A DNA stretch of 48,299 bases from Paraspadella gotoi. Its lineage: Eukaryota > Animalia > Chaetognatha. Position numbers and translations under genes: made by a program. A model generated the notes under the pieces. It saw nothing but the letters and a program-made list of their open reading frames with translations. It was not told where the DNA came from and did not search any database. Numbering within the stretch: the first letter of the stretch is position 1; the number at the start of each line of letters is the position of its first letter. The stretch lies in NCBI GenBank assembly GCA_051294375.1, contig CM119264.1:6288208-6336506 (forward strand), in the 5' to 3' direction. Positions 1 through 10,896 of the stretch are shown piece after piece.

Positions 1-152
1 ATGATTTCGTTGTATTTAGTTAAGCGGTTGTGACGTTGTAAATAAATCGGGATTCGTTAAAAGTGTAAAAAGTTTAAAAAAAAAAGAAAAGTAATATAAA
101 AAGCTACAATATGCAAATGAGATTGAGGAATTCGATCTCATATATTTTTCAG

Positions 153-349
153 GCATCGAATGGAAGGACGTGGATTTCGGGATGAATCTCATCGCAACCA
201 TCGAGTTGATTGAGAAGAAAATGGGAATCCTCTCCATGCTGGAGGAAGAGTGCATCGTCCCCAAGGCAACGGACATGACTTACCTGGAGAAGATGATGAA
301 CAAGCATCTGGGCAAGCACGCCTCCTTCGGCAAGCCCAAGCCGTCCAGG
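153..349 (+). CDS. Myosin motor exon ([13 protein letters not shown]...[12 protein letters not shown]), clean copy placed out of order before the 544-553 gap
   Basis: Acceptor tttttcag at 145-152 and donor gtgagg at 350. Phase 1 joins the exon ending at 1193 (G|GC) and phase 0 joins the exon starting at 5198. Flanks 1-543 match noisy 1716-2310. Confidence 0.9.
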
Positions 350-553
350 GTGAGGGGAGAGAGGGAGAAAGACTGGGAAGAGGGAAAGGGCTGAAATTGG
401 ATTGGGCGGGAGCGATGCAAATGTTACAAAGATAAAAAGGTTGTAAAAGGTAACTAAATTAAAACAATGTCAATGTAAGTAAAATTTTGATAAATAGAAA
501 TGATTAGCGAATGGATAAATAAGAATCATTGAGGTAAATTTTCNNNNNNNNNN

Positions 554-694
554 GGGCAAGGAGTACGTGAAAAAGGGTCAGACCCAGGATCAAGTCGCCT
601 TCTCCGTGAGCGCCTCTTGCAAATCCCTCTACTCGCGAATGTTCGATTGGATGGTCGCCGGCGTCAACAAGACTCTCGACACTCCCAACCCTAG
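554..694 (+). CDS. Myosin motor exon ([14 protein letters not shown]...[24 protein letters not shown]), 5' truncated by gap
   Basis: Translation matches the myosin II VGxEYVxKGQ...LYxRMFxWxVxxxNxTL region. Donor gt at 695. Confidence 0.9.
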   Translation, partial: GQGVREKGSDPGSSRLLRERLLQIPLLANVRLDGRRRQQDSRHSQP

Positions 695-3600
695 GTGCTG
701 AAGGACTGCTTTTCTTTTCTTTTCTTTTCTTTCCTTTTCCTTTCTTTTCTTTTATTCTTTTCTTTCCTTAATTTTCCTTTTGTTTTCTTTTTAATTATTT
801 TCTCCTCTCTTCTCTTCTCTTCTTGCCTGTTTTCTTCTATATTTTTTTCTCTTCTTATCTCTTTTCGTTCTTCTTTCCTTTTTTTCTCTCTTTCAGTTTC
901 TTTAAAATATTTTCTGTTCTGTTCTGTTCTGTTCTCTTCATTATCATTTTGTCTCTTATTTTCTGCGTCCACCCCTTTACACGGTTTATTTCCCTTTCTC
1001 TTTCCTCTTTTGTTCCCTCCCCAACTTTTCCGCTCCAGAGTCTCCTTCATGGGCGTGCTGGACATCGCCGGCTTCGAGATCTTCGAGCTGAACGTGCTGG
1101 AGCAGCTCCTCATCAACTACACCAACGAGCGACTCCAGCAATTCTTCAACCACCACATGTTCGTCGTGGAGCAAGAGGAATATAGGAAAGAAGGTTAGGA
1201 AGAGGAGGAGGACGACAACAAAGACGATGATCATCAATGTGTTGGTGGGATTCGTAGAGATGGAGAATTTGTGATGCTTTATGAGATAATATTGTTGTCC
1301 GTGTGGTTCCTTTTGTGTGATTTTATTATTTAACTTAAGCTGTTCACATCAATTAAATGTTCCAAAGTTNNNNNNNNNNNNNNNNNNNNNNNNNGCTTTT
1401 AATAATAAGAAAACCGATGATTAAGCATATATTGGAATACAAGCTCGAGTAAACGGTATCAATAACAGCGGCTAAAAAAGACAGGAACAACCAGTTAAAC
1501 AAATAAAAACAACGCATGATATAAATATAAAACATGCACTATTTCATAAAATAGTGTTATAAGCACAAAAGTCCTGAGTAACAATTCACAAAAAAGCTGA
1601 TTTGCATGGCTTAAGTGATTTTGTTGCTATTAATCCCATTTCTTAGTGATTTTCTCGTGATCCTCGTTTTTCAATGATGTCTTGATTCTCTTGGTGTTCA
1701 AAGCGATTAATTGAGTTCGTTGTATTTAGTTAAGCGGTTGTGACGTTGTAAATTCAAATCGGGATTCGTTAAAAGGTGGTAAAAAAAGTTAAAAAAAAAA
1801 AGAAACAGTTAATATATAAAAAGCTACAATATGCAAATGTGATTGCAGGAATTTGCATCTCATATATTTTTCAGGCATTCGCAATGGATAAGGACGTGGA
1901 TTTCGGGCATGAATCTCATCGCAACCATCAGTTGAACTTTGATGAAGAAAATGGGAATCCTCTCGATGCTGGCGCAGGACAGTAGTTGCATCGTCCCCAT
2001 AGGCAACGGATGATGACTTACCTGGAGAAGATGACATGAACAAGCATCTGGCCGGCAAGCACGCCTCCTTCGCCAAGCCAAGGCCGTCCAGGGTGAGGGG
2101 AGAGAAGGTGAGAAAGACTGCCGGAAGAGGGAAAGGGTCTGAAATTGGATTTGGGCGCGGAGCGACTGCAATATGTTACAAAATAAAAAGGTTGTAAAAG
2201 GCTAACTTAAATTTAAAAACGTATGCTCAATGAAAGTAAAAAATTTGATAAATTAGACAATAATGTAGCGAATGGGATAAATAAGGACATCATTTGAGGG
2301 TAAATTTTCTTCTCATGGTACATCGCTTGACGGAATTCTTTGAATAAAATGTGCTATTTTTTAGCTTAATTTTTAAAAAAACTCAAAAATTCATCAATGC
2401 GCAACCAAAAGCATCAGTTACCGGAATTAAAATTATAGGAATTATAAAAAATTCGATTTTATAAAAAAACTCATTAGAGTCAGAAAACAGAAAAAGCATG
2501 AGTAGCGGTAGAGCCAAACTCGTCAATCTGGGTTGCGGTCAGAGTTTGATTTGGGAACCTCTTCCAAATGCAACTTCCATACATTTTCTGAGAAAAACTT
2601 TCAATGGAAGCAAAATTTTTTCTAAAATGGCAAGAAGCTCATTAAGTACAATTAATTTTTTAATATTTATTTATAGATAGGAAAGTGTCAAAAATTTTTT
2701 GGAATTTTTCTTTTTTTAAAGAGCAGATTCAAATAGCTTCATGAAAAGTTCATTTCACAACAAGTATTATTTTCTTTTTTCAATTATTTTGATGGATAAG
2801 TGGGCTTTTAAATTGAGAAAAACCTTAAAAAATCCCATTCATCTATCAATCATCATCGACTTCCCCGATTTTAGCAGTTTTTACTAATTTTTAGTAATAA
2901 GCACATCACTAATTCACCTCATGTTACAGAAAGACTAGTCCGGCTGCTTACCCTATCGGCCTCCTAGTTCGATTTCCTTTGTCGACCACCTTTAACTTTT
3001 TAAAGCTCTGATCCACTACATCATCTCAAAAATAACGAATCTCTAACTACACCATACCCATACACTCCAAAAAAGAAATTTTTTGACCATTATTACTAGC
3101 AAACCTAACGTAACTATATTAATTAAAGCGACCATTGCAGCTCATGGCTTTCTCGGAACACATTTCCTCTTAAAAAAATACTATGCCTTTACACCCACCA
3201 GCAATAATATTAATCACCCAATAATGGCAATTTACGTTAATGCGCTTTGTTCCCATTACAAAATATCTGAATCGGTTTACGGTCGAGCTCCACCGCCGTA
3301 GTAGTCCCTATCATCCGGATTTTATTTTGAGTTCAAACGTTAAAGCACCACGAACAGCTGCCTCGCTTCTCCATCAGAACAAGCAACTGAGGCCCACTTC
3401 GAGAAATCCATCACTACGCCGAGATCTATACTCCGCTATCGCGCGTACACGCTCAACGGCTTGGCCTCTTCCACAGAACAATAACGGCAATCCTCGTCAC
3501 ATGATCGCCGTCGCTCTTACTTTTAATGGTCGCGGTCCCGGTGGCTTGTAAGACGCGCTGCACTGCCTTTTCTGACTGGTCTGCCTATTCGTTTGCTATG

Positions 3601-6600
3601 TTGCCAGAAGCCCGCGAAGCTTGTGGTTGTTGGCGGTCGGGATTCGAAACTCATGTCTGCACGTCGATTGCTGTGCCGACATTAATCTTAGATATTCCTA
3701 TCCTGGGCACGTATCCTCGCCTATTTACTTCGTTCATTTATTTATCAACATATTACTTACAACATAGCGCATCTTGTGATCCGACCCTGATTCAAGTAGG
3801 AGTCCAGTCACATATCCCTCTTCTGTCAAAAAATGAATCCTCATGAATGACTCAAGACAAATCAAATGAATGTAGAAAACTGACATGAATTAAATGGCAT
3901 GCATGAACCAAATTAAATCAATGCATCTAGTAAATCAATTCATTTCAATCAATCCTCAGCGTCGCGCTGCGGAAACGCCCTTCGTGTCGCTCCGTCTTCA
4001 AGAAACAGGAGAGAAGAAGAAAGGAACGTTCAATGTCGTTCGCGACCATCTCCCGCCGCTCATTAAGCGTAAGTTTACGTCTACAAAGATAGGGTAAGCT
4101 TACAAAATGAATTGTTTTAGGACGTATGTTACATTACCAGCTTTTTGACTGTGCAGAAAGAATCACTAAACTGAAATTTTTAGCATTGTAAAGTTATACT
4201 TAATTTACCCGGATCTTCATTGGCGCCATCTTTATATTTCAGGGGGAATTCACTGCCACAAACTAATGACGAAACCTTAACGCGACTCACCCTCACTTCG
4301 TCCGCTGCATCAATCCCCACGAGATCAAGAAGTCGGGGATACATCGAGGCTCCTTCTCCTGTTCCATGCATCCAACTTACTGCCAACGGAGTGCTGCATC
4401 AGGTAGAGTTGGAGGGATTGCATGGGGAGTTGGGCAGTGATATGCAGCAAGGCTGGGTCTGTTAGATGATTCCTGTCGAGTCACTTGTCGATGGGTCTAT
4501 GGTAAATAGAGCGTACTATTTTTAATCCGTCCTTGGCATCTAAATATCTTATTATAGATTTAACGAATTTAAAAAAAAGGTGTTTTTGGTCTTTTGTTGG
4601 AACATGTGTATAGAGCTCACAGGAAATGGAATCATCGACTCTCGGGGGCGGTGTTGGGTTCGAACCTCGCAGACGGACGCCCGAGGGTATTGGCATCGTG
4701 AATCGAAGTTCTTAAATCCGGTGCCATTCACACCCCCGATCGTTGGGTCTCTGTGGAATTTCCTGAGTATGGAATCTTTTTGCTCGCCTTCTTTCTCTCC
4801 CCGTCCCTGTGTTGGTGAGTGATGAGAAGAATTCGAATCCCTTCTTTTCTGCTGATGCAAAATGATCTTAATGAGGCAAAAATCCAGTCCGGAAGAGTGG
4901 TAAGAATGCGTTGAACTGGCTGAGTTGTAGAATCTGAGGAGGAGAAGTCGTGACTGTTTGTGGCGTTCGGTCATTCGTGTTAAAGTAGTTAGTAGTGTAA
5001 ATTAGTGGAAATCGGGTGTGTAGTCTCTCTTTCTTTAAAACTCAAAATTCATCAGCGAACAAAAGCATCAGTACCGGATTAAAATTATAGGAATTATAAA
5101 ATCATTATAAAAACTCATAGACAAAAAACAGAAAAAGCATGAGTAGCGGATTTATTTTGAGTTAAAGTTAAACCAGAAGCTCCTCGTTTTCCATCAGAAC
5201 AAGCAAGAGGCCCACTTCGAGATCCATCACTACGCCGGATCCGTCGGGTACAACGTCAACGGTTGGCTCTTCAAGAACAAGGATCCCGTCAATGACGCCG
5301 TCGTTACTTTAATGGCGGTCGGTGGCTTGAAGACGCGCTGCACTGGTTTCTGTGGTTGTATTCGTTTGCGAGTTGTGGTTGTTGGCGGTCGGGATTGAAA
5401 TTCATCTAGTGCCGATAATTTAGTATTCTTTGGTGTATTTATTTATTATTTATCAACATTTTAAATAGCGATCTTTTGATCGACGATTCAAGTAATCCAG
5501 TAATATCTCTTCGTCAAAAAATGAATCCATGAATGACTCAAACAAATCAAGAATGAGAAAATGAATGATTAAATGCATGCATGAACCAATAAATCAATGC
5601 ATCTATAAATCAATTCATCAATCAATCAATCAGGGCGCGGGAAACGCCCTCGTGTCGCTCGTCTTCAAAGAAACAGGAGAGAAGAAGAAAGGAAGTTCAA
5701 TGGCGACCATCTCCGCCGCTCATAAGGTAAGTTACTCAAAGAGGTAAGTTAAAATGAATTGTTTTAGGAGTTTGTAATTACAGTTTTGACTGTGAGAAGA
5801 ATACAAATGAATTTTTAGCATTGTAAAGTATACTTAATTACCCGGATCTTCATTGGCGGCCATCTTTATATTTCAGGAATCACTCCACAAACTAATGACG
5901 AACCTTAACGCGACTCACCCTCACTTCGTCCGCTGCATCATCCCCAACGAGATCAAGAAGTCGGGATACATCGAGGCTCCTCTCGTCATGCATCAACTTA
6001 CCTGCAACGGAGTGCTGCAAGGTAAGATTGGAGATGCATGGGGAAGTTGGGCAGTGATATGCAGCAAGGTGGGCTGTTGATGATTCTGTCGAGTCACTTG
6101 TCGAGTGGCTTATGGTAAAAGAGCGACATTTTTTATCCGTTTCCTTGGCATCCAATAAACTTATTATAGATTTAACGAATTTAAAAAAAGGTGTTGTTTT
6201 TTTTTTTTGGTGTTGGAACAGTTATAGAGTCACAGGAATGGAATCATGACTCTCGGGGGCGGTGGGGTTCGAACTCGAGACGGACGCCGATGGGATTGGC
6301 ATCGTGAATCGAGTTCTTAATCCGGTTGGCCATTCACACCCCCGATCGTTGTCTCTGTGAATTCGAGTATGGAATCTTTTGCTCGCTTCTTTCTCTCCCG
6401 TTTTCTTCTCTCTCTTTCGAATGAGAAGAATCGAATCCCTTCTTTTCTGCTGAATGGCAAAATTGAGTCTTAATGGCAAAAATCACGACCGAATGGTAAA
6501 ATCTTGAACGGCATTTTTTTTAGAATCTGAGAAAAGTCGATGACTGTTTGTGGGTTGTCATCGTGTTAAAAGTTAGTTAGTAGTTGTAAATTTAGTGGAA

Positions 6601-7471
6601 ATCGTTTTATTGTACATGAAAAGAACAGTGTTTAAGCGAAAACATGGAAAAAGGGCAACGTGTCGTTCATTTTTTTTCGTTGTTTAAAAAAATTACGAAT
6701 TTAACGAATTTATATCACGGCATTGATTAATTATTGTTATCTCACCGCTCGTACAGAAAACAGGCCACTGTGGCCACTTGGACATTTATTTAATTCAAAA
6801 GGGCTCGGTTACACCGGAAAAAAAATCTATCTTTAGTTAAACGGTAAACCTCTTTGATTTCCGACTCAGCCCATGCCATTCACCTCGTAATCAGGCATCG
6901 CCATCTGCCGCATGGGATTCCCCAACCGAGTGACTTACCCAGACTTCAAACCTCGTTACTCGATCATCAATCCCGCCGTCGCCGCCAAGACTAAAGACGA
7001 CAAGAAGTGCGCCGATCTGCTCCTCAAAGCCGCTGACTTCGGCGACGATGACTACAAAGTCGGTCATACGAAGGTGAGGTTAGGTGGGGCCAATTTAATG
7101 CCGTTTAATCTCATACAGAAGTTTTTTTTATAAACAATTTTCATCAGTTAATAAATTTTCGGCTCTGAGACAAATTATAAGTATATCAACCCAACATCGG
7201 CCAGGTCTTCTTCCGCGCCGGCAAGCTGGCCTTACTAGAAGAGGTACGCGAGAACGCCCTGGCCAAGATCTTCGTCAAGATGCAGGCGCACATCCGCAAA
7301 CTCTTCGTCAAACTCACCTTCCGATAAGAAGATCGCCAGAAACAGGCCATCGCCTCCATCCAGAGAAACATCAAGTAGGTCTCGTCACTTTAGCCATCTC
7401 AATTAATTTGCATCAATTATTTATTTCTCTCTTCTCTCTCTCTCCTCTCTCTCTCTCTTCTCTCTCTCTCT

Positions 7472-7512
<41 letters not shown>

Positions 7513-7708
7513 GTTCTCTCTATCTATCTATCTATCCAGGATCTACTACCGCGTTCGTGACTGGAAATGGATGCAGTTTTATCAGGCGATTCTTGGCGAA
7601 ACTGAAATGCTGAAGAAGAAGCAGGCCGAGGCGGCTAAGCGCAAACTCATGCAGGTCCAGGCGCCGAGATTTATTTCTTTAATTCAATAAATAAATACTA
7701 AAATTTAA

Positions 7709-7801
<93 letters not shown>

Positions 7802-10800
7802 TTCATTTTTTAGGAAGGGATTGATAAGATCAAGTCGATTGTCATCTCTGCCATCGCTGCCAGGGAGGAAGCTGATAAGGTGCTCTTCATTTTATATGAA
7901 CTATTTTTTTACCAATCAATTCTAAGCTATATTTTTTCAGCACTATCATAGTTTTACTTATGTTTGTTTTTTCCTTTGCGTGGGCCGTCTCTGAAGGCCA
8001 ACGAGACAAAGAGAAGAGCTTTGAGAAAACTCAAAGCTAGCTATTCGTACGAGAGAAGTATGTTTTTTCGTAGTAGCGATATTTTTTTAATATTTAATGT
8101 TTGTCTCTTTTTATTATTAATTCCCCACCACCTGATCCTTTTAATATTTATTTTGTTGTTTATCATCCTGACTAGAACGTACTATATCTAAAAATTATAT
8201 CAACTCACCGTTTTTTAAAGTTTGTCCTACAAATCAATCATCCACTCATCAAACAATCATTCAATCAATCGCAGAGAAATCGGGAGCTGCTTTCGTGGAG
8301 ATCAAAAGTCTTCAAGACCGAGTTGACGTCTGCACCGAAAAACTGCGCGCCACGGAAGAAAGGGCGAGTCTCTGAATTAAATGATTTATTAGTAACATTA
8401 TTATAATTATTATTTTAATTAGTATTCTCAAGTTAATAATTTTCCGCCGGCAGCTGGAAAAGCAGCGCGAAGCAGCGAAAGAAGATTCGAATTCGTTGGC
8501 TGCGGAAATGGAAAAGAAGAAAGACGAACTGAGAGGAGAAATGATGAAACTGAGAGACAGCATGGAGGCGACAGAAAATGGTGAGTGAATGAGGTCTGTG
8601 AAAAGGGTAAGGGGTGAGTGCGAGAGTGAAATGACCACTCGGTATGTATAATCAGTCAGCTTATTCTTAGTTAAGAGACATTAAGAACAAATTTTTAAAA
8701 TAAATTCTTTAATCAATAATTTAAAACACTTTCGTAAAATATAACGGGTATAGATTGTTTGTCTATTTGTCCATTAGTGTATTTGTCAATTTTTTCCATT
8801 TTAGCCATTCATCCATTCGTATATTTGTTATTTTTTAATTTTTAATTTATTCATTTATCCTATTGTAGACGAGAATCTCGATTTAAAAAGATTCAACATT
8901 TTTCTTATAGAGATTTCCGTTTCAAATCTGACTACCCAAATTGCAAACGCGATTGCCAAAAATCCGGGTAGAAATCAGTTTGTAAAAAGCAGGATTCCGA
9001 TAGCGTTACATCTGAAGAGGCTGTCCTATCGTTTTTTTACATTTGATGAAGGATTTTGATATCACCAAGCCAGGGGAAATGCACTCCTCATAGTCAGAGA
9101 ATTTTCAAACCTCATTTTTACTATAGAATGAAAGGGAAAGTTTACAAACTTAAAATTGCAAACGGGATTGCTATATGTTCCTGTTACATGAAAGACTTCG
9201 AATTTCGCGATTCCGATAGCTTTGTGTCTGAATAGCTTGTCCTATTTTTTCTTTTTTCATTTTATAATGATTTTGACATAAAATGATCAGGTTTAAATGA
9301 AAATAGTCCGGTTTGAATCGCGAAATTTTTATTTAAAAAGGAAATTAAAAGGAAGGATTGAGAAAAAAGCTGATTTTTCCTAATATCTTTTGAAGGAATA
9401 AAGATAAAAAGGGATGGCAATAGTACCAAAATGAAGCAATAAATCAATAGGGCACATACAAGATACAATTTTAGAATTACTTATAACTGAAACCTCCTTA
9501 CAGGGTAAGTGTCAACTAAGTCAAAATTATATGAATTTTAAAAACTAATGACCACCCCATAAGAATAAATGAAATTAAATTCTTTTAAATGATTCTGAAA
9601 GAAAAAAGGCTAAATTGTACTCTAGTAAAACTTTAAAGTTTTTTGGATAAAGAAAATGTGAGTTTTTGTCACTTAAATATTTGCTTGTCTGATTTTTACA
9701 AGCATTGCTTACAAAATTATACAAATATTATTTACCCATCACAGTCCTAAGTATTTATCCTTCTTTTCACCAGCCAAAAAGTAAACATTTATCTTATTGA
9801 AGAGAACAGGGATGTTTACTGAAAGGAGCAAGGAAGACATTCAAACTGCTTCACTTTGATGTATTTTTCAATAATAAAATAAGCATTTTTTTAATTATTA
9901 TCTTACAGGCTCATAAGCTATTATACACTTTCATAATATCCCAATGTTAATGTAATTTATTATATTTTTACCCAGAAATCATAAAATAACAGAAAGTTGT
10001 GGATTCCCTTCGCTTCGTTTAAGAAAAAAAAATTACTAGCGGAATAATAAGTTTGTAAGAGGAAGTCAGAATCGGCGAAATTCTTAAAAGGCGAGAATGT
10101 TGAAAAAAAGGGAGAGGAATTTTGGTTGTTTTGGTCGATTTCTTCTAAAACCCATGGGCCAATTTAGACGTAACTTAAGATTTACATTATTCCAGTCATT
10201 CTCTATCCAAAAATATAAAAATATTATGAAAAAAGGTTTGGGATCAACTATAGGAATTTGGTTCTACCTATTGTAAATTTGTTAATTTGTCCACACATCC
10301 AGCCCAGCAACACCTGATCATCACCGCTTCCCACGCTGAGAAGCAGGCGATCGGCCTGAAGATGGACCTGAAGGCTTCGGTGGCCGAGGCCGAGCTCGTC
10401 GCCTCCACGTCGTCGCGACATCTACGGGAACAAAACGAAATGAGGGCCTTGATTACCGTGAGTAGAAAAAATGGGGGCTGAAGAGATTTCGTAGATAGGA
10501 TAAGATTGATGACGGGACGGTGACATTTACTAATGAGAAAGTTTTTAGCTGGAGGACAATAAAATATTTAAATGTTTTAAATAAATAAAAAAAATTAAGA
10601 TACTCGTCATTGTTGATTCAAATCCACAGAGTAATTTCACAGTTTTTGTCACGGTTTTTAGAGAAAACAAAGTTTTTATTTGTTTACAAACAACGGACGT
10701 GTTATGTTTCTATGATTGTGTAACAAGCCAAAACACAATGTCATTGTTTTTTAATTTTTATTTTTATTCCATCTATTTTCTACTATTTCTTCCATATTTA

Positions 10801-10896
10801 CGACAGGAAATGCGCGAAAAAACCCACATTGAGAAACAAGCAACTCTTAATTATCGCTCCTATTGCAAAGCTGTCTTGCCGGCACAGTTTGCCTGA
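554..10896 (+). CDS. Myosin heavy chain, class II-like, short-tailed (partial gene: 5' motor exons lie outside the window or in the gap). Exons 554-694, 1039-1193, [153-349 displaced], 5198-5317, 5634-5726, 5877-6021, 6895-7073, 7205-7374, 7540-7654, 7814-7879, 7997-8057, 8275-8363, 8454-8580, 10303-10457, 10807-10896
   Basis: Manual splicing with consistent phases and GT/GC-AG sites gives the myosin motifs [11 protein letters not shown], switch [11 protein letters not shown], relay [99 protein letters not shown], two IQ motifs (MQAHIR, IQRNIK), a WKW hook, then a charged helical tail ending in TGA. There is one in-frame TAA at 7325-7327. Confidence 0.93.
1039..1193 (+). CDS. Myosin motor exon with switch II and relay helix
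   Basis: [51 protein letters not shown]. Acceptor cag at 1036-1038, donor gttagg at 1194. Confidence 0.95.
1716..5025 (+). other. Noisy (raw long-read-like) redundant copy of myosin exons and introns; probable assembly gap-fill artefact
   Basis: Collinear with 1-543 and 5030-6600, including introns, but with dense 1-2 nt insertions (frameshifted copies of the GIEW, AHF, loop 2 and ESLHK exons). Confidence 0.8.
5198..6021 (+). CDS. Three myosin motor exons (5198-5317, 5634-5726, 5877-6021), including loop 2 and the SH2 region
   Basis: [40 protein letters not shown] | [31 protein letters not shown] | [48 protein letters not shown], with canonical splice sites. Confidence 0.95.
6255..6343 (-). 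pseudogene. Degenerate tRNA-derived sequence (tRNA pseudogene or SINE head) in a myosin intron
   Basis: The minus strand has an A-box-like TGGCCAACCGG, a B-box GAGTTCGAACC and complementary ends GGGGGTG/CGCCCCC. The T-stem and anticodon arm do not pair properly. Confidence 0.4.
6895..7654 (+). CDS. Myosin SH1/converter and lever-arm exons (6895-7073, 7205-7374, 7540-7654)
   Basis: [22 protein letters not shown]...YKVGHTK | [32 protein letters not shown]...IQRNIK | [18 protein letters not shown]. In-frame TAA at 7325-7327. Confidence 0.9.
7426..7801. repeat. (CT)n at 7426-7512 and (ATT)n at 7709-7801 microsatellites in myosin introns
   Basis: Direct reading. Confidence 0.95.
7814..10896 (+). 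CDS. Myosin short tail exons (7814-7879, 7997-8057, 8275-8363, 8454-8580, 10303-10457, 10807-10896)
   Basis: All phases are compatible, giving an E/K/R/A-rich helical sequence that ends [35 protein letters not shown] signals follow near 11032 and 11156. Confidence 0.78.
8866..10266. mobile_element. ~1.4 kb non-autonomous DNA-transposon-like insertion in a myosin intron
   Basis: Flanked by the direct repeat CCTATTG(TA) at 8859 and 10267. Termini are TAGA...TCTA. It is absent from the second copy of this intron (about 21250-21290), has an internal ~215 bp-period sub-repeat and has no recognisable transposase ORF. Confidence 0.6.

Noticed and set aside
691-1116. Long K/E/R-rich or F/S/L-rich ORFs (also 12794-13403, 24812-25488, 27962-28489, 29463-30695, 42361-42853)
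   Set aside because: They are translations of pyrimidine/purine tracts and microsatellites.
153-6021. Repeated myosin exons as mutually exclusive exon clusters (Drosophila Mhc style)
   Set aside because: Introns are duplicated along with exons, and the copies differ by frameshifting indels rather than codon-level substitutions.
7325-7327. TAA reassignment (alternative genetic code), since all three genes end in TGA
   Set aside because: Only one internal TAA occurs in over a thousand reconstructed codons despite many CAA/CAG codons. An indel pair explains it more simply.
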